Source: Thermoproteota archaeon (GTDB lineage: Archaea; Thermoproteota; Thermoprotei_A; Sulfolobales; Ignisphaeraceae). Taken from it: a DNA stretch of 64,000 nt. The DNA lies in NCBI GenBank assembly GCA_030550585.1, contig JAUQPB010000004.1, positions 1 to 64,000 of the forward strand, written 5' to 3'. Position 1 is the first letter of the stretch; the number at the start of each line of letters is the position of its first letter. Made by a program: the position numbers and the translations under genes. Below are positions 19,967 to 30,056 of the stretch, piece by piece. The notes under the pieces are model-generated. The model saw only the letters and a program-made list of their open reading frames with translations. It searched no databases and was not told the DNA's origin.

Positions 19967-20405
19967 GCAACTCTATGTTTCTAGCCTCAGACTCATCTAT
20001 ATTAACCGTGTTTATCCACGCATCCAAAATCTCCTTCGCAACATACTCAGTTACCAGCCTACCGCTCATAGCAAGCACATTCGCGTTGTTCCACAGTCTA
20101 GCACCCCTAGCCGTTTCAGCATCGTTGCACAGAGCCGCTCTAACCCCCCTAACCTTGTTAGCCGCTATAGAAACACCAGTACCTGTATAGCATATGACAA
20201 CACCCCAGTCAACCTCACCACTAGCAACAAGCCTCCCAACCTCATATCCAACCAGTGGCCAGGGCTCTGGCTTACCAGTTTTTGCTGCTCCTACAGGCAC
20301 CACTTCAAACCCTCTACTCTTTAGATAATTGATAACTGCACCCACCACCGGATAGTTGTCGTCAGAGCCTACCGCAACTTTCTTGCCGGGGAACGGCAAG
20401 TACAC
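19935..20405 (-). CDS. rpiB: RpiB/LacA/LacB sugar-phosphate isomerase
   Basis: CYTGTGVSIAANKVRGVRAALC, ARLWNNANVL. Confidence 0.88.
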   Translation of the reverse strand: MYLPFPGKKVAVGSDDNYPVVGAVINYLKSRGFEVVPVGAAKTGKPEPWPLVGYEVGRLVASGEVDWGVVICYTGTGVSIAANKVRGVRAALCNDAETARGARLWNNANVLAMSGRLVTEYVAKEILDAWINTVNIDESEARNIELLAKLDSEERP

Positions 20406-20458
20406 ACACCTTTACTGTAGACACATGCTTGCAGAGCTTAAAATGTTGTGCCCTCTCT

Positions 20459-21364
20459 TCATATAAATCCTAATTTCCTAGCACGATCTTTCCACGACAA
20501 CTGCATTTCATACGCATAATGTGGTCTGAACACAGTTTTTACCTCCTCCAAATTTCCGCCAACAACTTTTATCTTACTGACGTCTATTTCCCCATATCCC
20601 CACCTCCACAAGAAGTATAGATAGCCGATATCAGCTGGGTTAAAGCCCATTGCATAGCTCACCACAGCATCGAGGTTAACGGGATTTGTGGAGGCGAATA
20701 TCACACCCCATCTTTTTGGGCTTCCAGCTATTGGGCCATTTCCCTCCATAGCCTCAACACCGTCTACAAGACCGAGGTCTGGCATCATGTATGTTGCCAG
20801 CTTGGCAATGTTATAGTTTATTGAGAGATAGCCTCTGTGCATCTCATGTTTCCAGCCCCTCTTGATGGAGCCCATAACAATGTTCTTGATAGACAGCGTT
20901 ACAATCACTGTGTCATGGGTTTTGGCTCTGCATGGGGATATCCTTACATAGCTCTTATCCAACAAAAGCTTCGATACATAGACTTCAAACTCTTTTCCAT
21001 TCTCGTCAACTAAAACAAACCTCTGCTGATCATAATCGTCGAGATCGACAAACTCTACCTCTCTATACAAATTCTTTATTCTATGATATCCAAAATTCTT
21101 TAAAGCATCTTTTAATGGGCCCATCGATGGCGACTCTCCAATCAATATCTCCGATGGTTCGAATCTAGATGATATAAAGTATAGTATGGCTTCAACAGTC
21201 TCGATAGGTGTTGCTGCAAGATATGTTGTTGTCGAGACAAAGTTTGGCTTTATCAAAAACTTCCTTCTGTTGTCAACAACCTCTCTTATCTCTCCTTCTA
21301 TCAGCTCTAAAGCATTTAGAGAGCCTTTGTAGTGATCGAATGTTCTAACTATTGAAACAGACAT
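20459..21364 (-). CDS. DUF362 family protein (candidate nickel-pincer enzyme)
   Basis: LIKPN, IGES, KTH..TLSIKN..G..K..H, DGVEAMEGNGP, NPVNLDAV. Confidence 0.85.
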   Translation of the reverse strand: MSVSIVRTFDHYKGSLNALELIEGEIREVVDNRRKFLIKPNFVSTTTYLAATPIETVEAILYFISSRFEPSEILIGESPSMGPLKDALKNFGYHRIKNLYREVEFVDLDDYDQQRFVLVDENGKEFEVYVSKLLLDKSYVRISPCRAKTHDTVIVTLSIKNIVMGSIKRGWKHEMHRGYLSINYNIAKLATYMMPDLGLVDGVEAMEGNGPIAGSPKRWGVIFASTNPVNLDAVVSYAMGFNPADIGYLYFLWRWGYGEIDVSKIKVVGGNLEEVKTVFRPHYAYEMQLSWKDRARKLGFI

Positions 21365-22633
21365 TTAGTTCTCGCCTCTATCACCCTCCTCAAATGCTCT
21401 AATAACGGCATTTGCAATGCTTCTATATGTAGTGTTAAGCTCTCTCGCAGCTCTTTTGACAGATTCATACTCAGGTTTAATATTTATGATGTTCCCCCTA
21501 TAATCCCTGCTAACCTTCACCTCTACCTGGTGTACTTGGCCTCCGATCTCTATATCAACTCTTCTAACCTCTCGATGAGGAGCCTTAAACCTGTCAACAA
21601 AGGATACCCTAACCCCGAGGGTTCCAAGCTCCTTGACAAGAGTTTCAACAATGATTGGATATGCTGATACATCGGCTAAAACCCTTACGCTATATCCCGG
21701 TCTATTCTTCTTCATGTATATCGGTATTATAGAAACGTCCTTGGCTCCAACTTCAAACAGCTTCTCCATGGTATAGCCAACAACTTCTCCAGGAACATCA
21801 TCTACATCCGTTTCGATAACGGCTATCCTCTCATGCTCAAGCCACTCAAGCCCATCTACGCTGCTAGTGTCTTCGCCGACCATAACCCTAACAACATTTG
21901 GATGTTTTTCAAAATCCTTCTTGCCAGCTCCATAACCAACGCCAACTATTTTTAGCACAGGTAGAGAGTCTATGAAGCTACTAGCCAAACTGCTTACAAT
22001 AGCTACTCCAGTAGGTGTTGCCAGCTCACCTTCTGCAACACCGCTAAAGAACTTGGCTCCCTTGCTACGCAATATCTCTAGTGTGGCAGGCGGTGGTATT
22101 GGGTATAGCCCATGCTCTGTTTCTACATAGCCTTTTCCAACGGCTATTGGAAGGGAATAGATTTTTGCATTGAATAGATCTAGAGACTCCAGCGCTTTTG
22201 TAACCCCAACAACATCTACAATGGTATCAGCTGAGCTTAGCTCATGGAAGTGCACAGAGTCTAAGCTTGATCCATGAACCCTTGCCTCAGCATCTACAAT
22301 AGTCTTCATAACATCTACAGCAAACCTCTTAGCTCTATCCCCAAGCCCTATCTCATTAGCCACAGTCTCTACATATCTAAGCATCTCAACCCCCCTCCTC
22401 TCGTGATGATCCTCGTCAATTCTTACATCAACGCTCTTAGCCTTCACACCACCCTTGATAACATCCTTTACAGTTATCTCAAGATCCTTAACACCATCAA
22501 CATTTTTGATTATAGCTCTTCTCAACTCCTCAAAAAACTTTGTGTCAGCACCTAGGTCAATCAGCGATGCCAGTATCATATCTCCGGAAACGCCAGAAAT
22601 AGACGGGTCTATAACAACAATCTTGCCAGTCAC
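21365..22633 (-). CDS. larC: Nickel pincer cofactor biosynthesis protein LarC
   Basis: SGVSGDMILASLIDLG, AEARVHG, VHFHE, GELATPTG, ETDVDD, MKKNRPG, TLGVR, KPEYE; start at GTG 22633 (ORF open to 22675). Confidence 0.95.
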   Translation of the reverse strand: MTGKIVVIDPSISGVSGDMILASLIDLGADTKFFEELRRAIIKNVDGVKDLEITVKDVIKGGVKAKSVDVRIDEDHHERRGVEMLRYVETVANEIGLGDRAKRFAVDVMKTIVDAEARVHGSSLDSVHFHELSSADTIVDVVGVTKALESLDLFNAKIYSLPIAVGKGYVETEHGLYPIPPPATLEILRSKGAKFFSGVAEGELATPTGVAIVSSLASSFIDSLPVLKIVGVGYGAGKKDFEKHPNVVRVMVGEDTSSVDGLEWLEHERIAVIETDVDDVPGEVVGYTMEKLFEVGAKDVSIIPIYMKKNRPGYSVRVLADVSAYPIIVETLVKELGTLGVRVSFVDRFKAPHREVRRVDIEIGGQVHQVEVKVSRDYRGNIINIKPEYESVKRAARELNTTYRSIANAVIRAFEEGDRGEN

Positions 22634-22711
22634 TATCAAATCCCCAATTACAATCTGGGATTGGAGATGCCACAATAAAAATATTTCTAGTGTGACATAA
22701 ATGAGGTTGGC

Positions 22712-23506
22712 CTATCTACCTTCTCTGCATTGACGATAAACAGAAATTCTTCTTCCTATCAAGCCCGCCACCACACCAGCGTTAACGCCATTATCTATGT
22801 TTACAACAGCTAGTCCAAGTGGGCATGCTTGTAGCATTGAGTATAGCGCTGCTACCCCCTCTCCACCTGCTCCATATCCAACAGATGTTGGAACACCTAT
22901 TACCGGGACATCGACTAACGATGCTATTACAGATGGTAGTGCACCCTCCATACCAGCAACAGCTATTACCACATCAACGTTGTTCTCAATCAGAATCTTT
23001 ACAGCCTCTAAAACCCTCTGGAACCCTGCTATACCAACATCGTAGATTGCTATGGTCTTGCAGCCCATCTCCTCTGCAACAACCTTAGCCTCTTCAGCAA
23101 CATGTATGTCAGCTGTTCCGGCAGCAACAATACCTATTCTACAATCGTATTTGGGGGTTTCAAACCCTCTTCTCTTCACAACAGCTATTCTACCCCTCTT
23201 ATTTATGGACACTTCAATGCCATCTATTCTAATGTTCTCTAAATAGGATATTTGCTCAATGGTTAAACGAGACACTATAACCCTGCCAATCTTCGGCACA
23301 ACATTTAATACAATTCTCTCTAGATCTTCGATGCTCTTCCCCTCGCCAAAGACTATCTCTGGGACACCTCTACGCATCTCTCTACCGATATCAAATCGTA
23401 TGACATTGTCTAGATATTCAATTGAAAACAGCCTTATCTGCTTCAAAGCATCTTCAACAGATGTTTTGCCCTTAGCCAAATCCTCTAAAATTTTTCTTAG
23501 ATCCAT
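22712..23506 (-). CDS. larB: Nickel pincer cofactor biosynthesis protein LarB
   Basis: RRGVPEIVFGEGK, AGTADIHVAEEA, DVGIAG, AGMEGALPS, VPTSVGYG, VVNIDNG. Confidence 0.95.
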   Translation of the reverse strand: MDLRKILEDLAKGKTSVEDALKQIRLFSIEYLDNVIRFDIGREMRRGVPEIVFGEGKSIEDLERIVLNVVPKIGRVIVSRLTIEQISYLENIRIDGIEVSINKRGRIAVVKRRGFETPKYDCRIGIVAAGTADIHVAEEAKVVAEEMGCKTIAIYDVGIAGFQRVLEAVKILIENNVDVVIAVAGMEGALPSVIASLVDVPVIGVPTSVGYGAGGEGVAALYSMLQACPLGLAVVNIDNGVNAGVVAGLIGRRISVYRQCREGR

Positions 23507-23516
23507 GGAAAACTCA

Positions 23517-23972
23517 CTACCTAGCGAAGAATTGAAGAAGCTCTATAATAGCGCCAAGGCTTTCTACAGCATTCACATACACATATTTTCCTTCTTCGAA
23601 AAACCCTTCCTGCTCCTTATAACCGCCAACACTCTCCAAAGATTTGACACAGTCATCAGCATTTTCAACAGAAAATGCAATGTGGTGAATGCCGTTGCCA
23701 TGCTTATCGAGAAACTCTTTCCATGTGCTAGGACCATCTATAGGCTCTATTAACTCTATGACAATGTTATCCATATTTATAAAAGCAAGTTTTGCCCTTC
23801 CGCTTGATGGCATCCCCCTGAACATCATCTTGGTTTTCTCCCAATCCTCTGTCTCTATAATGCTTGGCTTCTCAGTTCCTAGAAGCTTTACCCAATTCTC
23901 CAGCACCTTCTCAATATCTTTTACAACGATAGCTATTTGAACAACTTTTTTGAGGTTTCCACATTTCATCAT
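23517..23972 (-). CDS. VOC family protein (glyoxalase / methylmalonyl-CoA epimerase-like)
   Basis: VQIAIVVKD, IELIEP, GIHHIAF, IIELLQ (Q/E/H/E metal ligands). Confidence 0.88.
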   Translation of the reverse strand: MMKCGNLKKVVQIAIVVKDIEKVLENWVKLLGTEKPSIIETEDWEKTKMMFRGMPSSGRAKLAFINMDNIVIELIEPIDGPSTWKEFLDKHGNGIHHIAFSVENADDCVKSLESVGGYKEQEGFFEEGKYVYVNAVESLGAIIELLQFFAR

Positions 23973-24045
23973 ACTCAGCCAAGAAAATGCTACAGCATCA
24001 AACCTATTAAATTTTCAGCATCTTACTAATAACATGTTATCACAA

Positions 24046-25066
24046 TTAGATAGGCTTTTCCTTCTTTCTACTCTGTATATCTTGTGTAAAATACACGGCA
24101 ATCCTCTTTATAGCGGCAATTGTCTGGCCCTGTATGCACAAAGCCCACATGGCATTCATCATGGCTCCGTGAGCCCCAAGAGAGGCTGAGAGTATTCCGG
24201 CGAGTGTTCCAACATCTATTTCACCACTTCTAGCCTTTTCGATAGATAGATAAGATATTAGTGTGGCGGAGGAGTACTGTGTGAAGAGGCTAAACCCCCA
24301 ATAAACTCTATCAAACCACATCAAAGCTGTTATCGACTTTCTCCACCACATAAACACTTTGTTAAGCAGGTCCCCGTTTCTATGCTCATATATGGCATCT
24401 CTTATATAGGCTATACTAGCACTGTAAGCCTTTCTCTCCTCGCCTCTAGCAACCTCAACCCTCCTACTATAATACTCTGCAATTATCATGTATGGAGCAT
24501 ATGTCGCTAGTGTTATTAGGCCTATGAATGTATTGAATGAGAATATAGTTATTGTAGATGTTACTGTTGTGAATATGTTTGGCAATAGCGTTGTTAAAAC
24601 TCCATTAATATTCCAAATAACAAAGTCTATATCGCTACTAACCCTTCCAATAACATCCTCTAGAGACTCGTTACTGCCATTCTCATGGATCTTACGAAGC
24701 ATAGCATTCTTCAAACCGACAATGGCATCGGCAAGCTTGCTGAAGTACTTCATTAAAGCGAATTCTGATACTATAAAGATTATTGCTGCAACACCAAATA
24801 GTCCAACACTTGTTACAAGCCGCTCAAAAAAAAAACTGTGGGTAGCTAACATTTCTCCTAACAGCATTAACAATATTGACAATGGCTTGGGGAACCATGT
24901 AGCCACCAACAATAGATCTCACAATAAAGACTGTGACCATTATGGAGAGGGCAAGGCCAAAGCCACTAACATTCGGAATGATTATATCGTGTATAAATCT
25001 AGCCATAGTTATTGAGTCTTGAAGCAACTTGCTTCTAATCCTTGAAAGCTTTGAATATATGCTCAT
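24046..25066 (-). pseudogene. ABC exporter transmembrane-domain protein, split by a frameshift in a T10 run
   Basis: ORF 25066-24824 ends ..YPQFFF*; removing one T gives ..YPQFFFERLVTSVG.. continuing into 24046-24912 (IGRVSSDIDF, GEIDVGTL typical of ABC type 1 TMD). Confidence 0.7.
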
Positions 25067-25405
25067 CTAGTCACCACAGACAAGCGCTCTTCGAAATGAG
25101 TTAGCTATGTTTTCTGTAGAAGTAGCTTTTAAGCTGTTTGCCGAACAGCTTTATGAGATTATATCCGATTTCTACCGTATATTCTGTTACCACAGATTTT
25201 TCAGAATCTCTTTTAATGTATTAAATCAACGGTATCACACTAACTGTTTTCAAAATGCCATTTCATGCCCATGGACTCTATAGCACATGCGGATTAATAA
25301 TGATGCTGCTATTTTTAGCAGGAGTGGAGTATAGGGTGAATGACTCTAGAAAAGCTGGAAATATAAAACAGATTTTGCATCATTCAACTCTAGGAGGCGA
25401 TAACA

Positions 25406-26286
25406 TTATAGATTCTCTGGAAATAGTGGTTTAGCACCTTTCTCTTTAAATATTTCAACAACTCTCTCTTGCTCATCTAGAGAGAGCTTTCTAAACCTTT
25501 TCCCCGCGTTTAGAATCATTGGCCATAACCTAATGTCTCCCGCCATAGAATATGTTGCAACTGGTTCTTGGGATAGTGTATACCACACAGCCAGATCTAT
25601 ATCCTCTTGTACGTCGAATGGCTCATACCATGTTGTATATCTCTTCTCTCCAACATATCTTCTCCTAGCAATAGACTTTATCGCTATCACACCTATGTCT
25701 CTATCCATAGCAACTTTTAGAACTAGCCGAAAATCGTTCTCAGGTCTCGGCATAGTCATTGCAACTGCATATACGGGTATCAGTATAGTGTCAAAATCGA
25801 ACATCTCTAAAGCCTTTAGGACAATTCTCATATCGGCATGAACAGTTATTCCAATGAATTTTATCAATCCCTGGTCACGTGCTTCCAAAAACGCTTTTGC
25901 TGCACCGTTTTCGCTAAAAATCTTATTCAATTCATCTAGCGAGCCTACAGCATGAAACTGGTAAATATCTATTGAGCTAACCCCAAATCTAGACAAAGTT
26001 GTTTTAAGCTCTCTCCAAGTCCCTTCATAGGTTCTCTCAAGAGCTTTCTCGGCGATGGTAAACCTATCTCTATACTTCTTTATCAGAGGCCCTAGCCTCA
26101 CCTCGGTCTCTCCATAGCTGGGACAATATCAACTATATTCAGACCCTCGTTAATAGCATTTTCAACGGCTTTAACAACCTCTTGAGCATCTGGATAAACA
26201 CTAGGTCCATAACCACCTATAGCAAGTATGGATACCCTAAGGTTTGTTCTACCCAATTTTCTATATTCCAAAACTCGTCGCCTCAT
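25406..26286 (-). pseudogene. Aldo/keto reductase split by a 1-nt frameshift
   Basis: N-part YRKLGRTNLRVSILAIGG..NIVDI; frame change near 26123 restores PSYGETEVRLG; C-part IDIYQFH, IGIT.H, IAIK. Confidence 0.8.
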
Positions 26287-26430
26287 ACAACCTCTCTTGG
26301 ATATTTAAGAAATTTCTATGTTAAGGCAAAGGCGGATGATTTATTTAGAAGAGCGTTTTTGTATAATGCATTTATGTAAGACACATATTTAGAGGGTCTG
26401 AATCAGGATTATATGATTTGGTGTGATTAG

Positions 26431-27135
26431 ATGGATCTCAAGGAGATTGTCATCGAATTGGCTAACAGCATAGCTAAGGACGAGTATAGAAGGGTGGTTC
26501 TAGACATTTTAAACAACCCTGTGCTAACTTTTTCAAATGCAAAACCGTTGATAGCTTTTGAGAATTCTCCAGCTGCCCCCAGGAAGCATCACTTCTTCTC
26601 TGGTGGTCTGCTCATCCACACAATATCTGTTGTATTAACGGCTAAGTGCATTGCAAATACCTTTAAGAATGTATATGGGGTTGATGTCGATGTTGACCTT
26701 GTTGTTGCTAGCGCTATTCTTCACGACCTATTCAAGTACTATCAGTATGTGCCAGATCCAACAAATGGGGGGTATAAGCCTAGAGAGGACTGGTATCTGA
26801 GCCACGACTATGCAGTTGTGGCAGAGCTGTCTAGGAGGGGCGCACCAGATGTTCTTATAAGAGTTGTTTCTGAGGCTCACGGACTCTCACCATTCTCAAC
26901 AATCGAGGGTCTGATTCTCCACCTTGCAGATTCTGTTGATGCAAGATTTGGCGAGTATATACAAAATGTACTGATCTCAAAACTCAAAGATGTTGAGAAA
27001 GAGGGGTGTAGCGTATACAAAGCTTTGGACGAACTTGTTAAGGCTATCGGAATCAAAAATCTGTTGAAAGAACTTCAAGAAAATAGGGAAAACTTAATGA
27101 AAAGAGCTGTAGAGATATGCAGATCACAGAAGTAG
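26431..27135 (+). CDS. HD-domain phosphohydrolase (YhaM-like HD domain)
   Basis: PAAPRKHHFFSGGLLIHT, ILHDLFK, EAHG, ILHLADSVDA. Confidence 0.85.
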   Translation: MDLKEIVIELANSIAKDEYRRVVLDILNNPVLTFSNAKPLIAFENSPAAPRKHHFFSGGLLIHTISVVLTAKCIANTFKNVYGVDVDVDLVVASAILHDLFKYYQYVPDPTNGGYKPREDWYLSHDYAVVAELSRRGAPDVLIRVVSEAHGLSPFSTIEGLILHLADSVDARFGEYIQNVLISKLKDVEKEGCSVYKALDELVKAIGIKNLLKELQENRENLMKRAVEICRSQK

Positions 27136-27349
27136 CTTTTAGAACCCATTTAGTGTATGGGCCATCAGCTCAAAAACTGTGATTTGGATGCGAGGAGAAT
27201 CGATAAAATAAAAGATAAAATAAAACTATGATCCAGATCTGGCTAGCAAAATGGCTCAGAGTGGAGGTAGCTGAGCAACAAAACCATTTTCTAAGGATTG
27301 CAACAGGGAAATATGGTATAGAATAAAATTGTGTGTCGAATTCTTCAAC

Positions 27350-28189
27350 CTATTTTCTCTTTATTAAAAGGATTACAACCACGATTACAATTATCAGCAT
27401 GGCTACGGCAATGCCAATAGCCGGTGGTGTTGAGATCAAAGGCGCTCCTTTAGTGGTTGTTGGGACTGTAGCTGTGTATGTACCTGCTGTTGTCGAGGTA
27501 TTTATTTGTATTATCTGAGTTGTTGACGAAGTTTGTGTAGCGCTTGTCAATTGTGTTGTGGATGTGGTTTTTGTAGCTACCGTAGATTGTGTTGTCGCAA
27601 CTGGTGCTGTTTGCTTAATTGTAGTTGGGGTTATTACACTGGTTTTTGTTTGTGTAGAACTGCTTATTATTGTGTACATTATTGTTGCAGGCCCCTTGAA
27701 CTCCATTACGATATTGCTATCTGTGACCTCTCCAAAAACCGTCTCGTTGGGTATCGACAGAAGGAGTATATTTGGAGCTGTTGCAAGTCTTATGGTGACT
27801 GGCTGCAAGACATCGAGCTGGAAAATGCCATCAGCTATCGTTACATTGGCTATATAGCTTATAGATACTGTTGTATTTTTCGGTGAGACTATATACAATG
27901 AGTTGTTTAGTGTCAACCACTCGATGTTTGTATCAGACGAAATCTCTATAGACACATCAACAGGTTTTATGGGTAAAACAATGTTTGATACCCCCTCAAC
28001 CACAGAGGTATTCATGTAGACCCGTGCAACACCATTCTCATCGATTACCACTATTGCTGTGGGGCTCTGTGTTTGAGCCGCCGACATTGGTAGAATGGTT
28101 GCAAATAAAAGAACAACAAATGGTAGTAGGATATACACTCTTGTCATAGTGTTTTTAGCACCAGACAAGAGACGTGAAGTAGAAGTCAA
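27350..28189 (-). CDS. Membrane-anchored surface protein with Thr-rich linker
   Basis: Signal peptide, beta-rich domain, T-rich stalk, C-terminal TM followed by KRK. Confidence 0.7.
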   Translation of the reverse strand: MTSTSRLLSGAKNTMTRVYILLPFVVLLFATILPMSAAQTQSPTAIVVIDENGVARVYMNTSVVEGVSNIVLPIKPVDVSIEISSDTNIEWLTLNNSLYIVSPKNTTVSISYIANVTIADGIFQLDVLQPVTIRLATAPNILLLSIPNETVFGEVTDSNIVMEFKGPATIMYTIISSSTQTKTSVITPTTIKQTAPVATTQSTVATKTTSTTQLTSATQTSSTTQIIQINTSTTAGTYTATVPTTTKGAPLISTPPAIGIAVAMLIIVIVVVILLIKRK

Positions 28190-28191
28190 AA

Positions 28192-29385
28192 TTATTTAAA
28201 TTTTTCTGTGTGTAGCAATGTCATTAAATGCCTAACAAGCTTTTTCCGAGCTTCAAGATCCTCTTTAAAGTAGTTGGTCAGACCGTCAACACATTTTCTA
28301 TTCATTCTCTGCTTTGTTAAGCACCGAAGCCTCTCTACACAATCTTTATGATCTAGGCACACACTTCTTAAGATCTCTATATAGGTCTTCGACATTCTTG
28401 TTTTCGGCATTGTTGAAAGACCTTCTCCGATTTTTCCTCTTTTAAATCTTGCCATGCTATAGAGACACAGTATGATTGTGGGTATCAGAAATGTTTGCAT
28501 AGCTAGCTGATTCGATATACCATATACCGCTAGATACAGATATCTCACTGGGTTGACATATATTGCAATAGCTTTTTCTACGCCATACAAATCTACGAGC
28601 TCTTTGAATGAAAGTAGCCTTGGATTATACTTAGAGGCGTCGACAATGAATGTTCTCTGCGAGGTGTTTTTGCATAGATAATCTATGAGTGTGCTGAACA
28701 TTGCTCTGTAAATATTTTGCGAGGAAGAATTGAAAACTGCATTGATGGCTATGGAGCCGTCTCCGAAAACCACAGCCTCTATGTCATTCCAATGACAATA
28801 AGCTCCAACAACAAAGTTGTTTGCATATGCTATTGGATGGCAAGAACCACTATCCAAGATAGTTACGGGTGAGACATACGCAAAAGCGATGTAAAAAACC
28901 CTATCACTTACATTGACATAGCCGTATACAATACCAGAATTGTTTAGAGATGTAATATATTTGAATGCGTTGATTCTAACTGGGATGCCGAGTACTTCCA
29001 GAACCTGATTTCCGTAGGAACCCTCATCCAGTATAACGGCTTTTGCTCTCGACTCTAAGACTATGTGTGAGATCGAGGATAACTCCTCTTGGCTAAATGC
29101 CTTCTCAGGCGATATGATGAATAGGGTTGTGCAGCCGCTAAAGCTATTATGCTCTGCGCTAGACCAGTTCTCTACAAGAAAAACTGTGCCACGCCCAGCA
29201 AGAAACCTAGCGAATTCTGATGTGCCATCCCAGCGAATATTTAGTGGAGAAGCCCCAGAAAATGCCAGCCCAGGAACATTTTTTTCAAACGATGCAGCCA
29301 GTATAAATAGTATTAGAACGGCTAAAACAAAGAACAAGATATTGTAGGTGCCACTACCTTTTCTCACGACATATCTCACCAGCAT
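28192..29385 (-). CDS. DUF4350-like membrane-anchored protein
   Basis: SPLNIRWDGTSEFA, IISPEKAFS, VFGDGSIAIN, IVDASKY; MoxR cluster context. Confidence 0.75.
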   Translation of the reverse strand: MLVRYVVRKGSGTYNILFFVLAVLILFILAASFEKNVPGLAFSGASPLNIRWDGTSEFARFLAGRGTVFLVENWSSAEHNSFSGCTTLFIISPEKAFSQEELSSISHIVLESRAKAVILDEGSYGNQVLEVLGIPVRINAFKYITSLNNSGIVYGYVNVSDRVFYIAFAYVSPVTILDSGSCHPIAYANNFVVGAYCHWNDIEAVVFGDGSIAINAVFNSSSQNIYRAMFSTLIDYLCKNTSQRTFIVDASKYNPRLLSFKELVDLYGVEKAIAIYVNPVRYLYLAVYGISNQLAMQTFLIPTIILCLYSMARFKRGKIGEGLSTMPKTRMSKTYIEILRSVCLDHKDCVERLRCLTKQRMNRKCVDGLTNYFKEDLEARKKLVRHLMTLLHTEKFK

Positions 29386-29524
29386 AGGACAGCAGGATTA
29401 CACCTGACAGCAAAGAGATTATCGATGCCACATACCTCTGCAAAAGCGCTAAGATAATCGATGCTATTAGAACAGATGTTGCAACATATACCAATGTGAT
29501 GTGTGTCTTGCTGTTACAGTCCAT
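29354..29524 (-). CDS. Small two-TM membrane protein (56 aa, below ORF-track cutoff)
   Basis: MDCNSKTHITLVYVATSVLIASIILALLQRYVASIISLLSGVILLSYAGEICREKR*; fills the gap and overlaps both neighbours. Confidence 0.6.
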   Translation of the reverse strand: MDCNSKTHITLVYVATSVLIASIILALLQRYVASIISLLSGVILLSYAGEICREKR

Positions 29525-30056
29525 GTAGCATAGCCTCGAAAAATCTGATCCAAGAATCTAGATCATATAGTTTATCATTTACAAAACCAATTACATAAAG
29601 CGCAACAGCTATTACAACTATTGCTGTTGCAACTATGTTTCGATATAAAACAGTCTTCAATTTGTCTAAGAAAACAATTGCTAGCAAGGTAGCTGCTATA
29701 GATATTAGTGTGGAGTATACAAAATCTTTTATGGCGATGCCAATAAGCAAGCTGGTTTCTGTCGAAAGTACAGAGAATAGAAGAAGCTTGTAGATATAGT
29801 TAGAAAAGGATTTCACATCTATTGGAAATGATGGAAGTTTAAATTCTGTTGCCGTACCCCCTCCTGTTTTCAACAATATCAGCGCTTTTATCAAGAAATA
29901 TGTCGAATATGTGTAAATAGATAGTATTGCTAGAACATCCATGTAGTCGTACAATCCAGAAGACAATATATATGTAAGTACAAGTGATGCTAGTATTGGG
30001 TAGAGCGTTATCAGATAGGCTTGTTTATTATAGCCTCTCCTACAGATCACCTGCAT
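29514..30056 (-). CDS. Integral membrane protein
   Basis: About 5 hydrophobic segments, overlapping operon-style with neighbours. Confidence 0.65.
   Translation of the reverse strand: MQVICRRGYNKQAYLITLYPILASLVLTYILSSGLYDYMDVLAILSIYTYSTYFLIKALILLKTGGGTATEFKLPSFPIDVKSFSNYIYKLLLFSVLSTETSLLIGIAIKDFVYSTLISIAATLLAIVFLDKLKTVLYRNIVATAIVVIAVALYVIGFVNDKLYDLDSWIRFFEAMLHGL

Noticed and set aside
21365-22675. Programmed frameshift in larC as in Lactobacillus
   Set aside because: larC is one continuous frame here.
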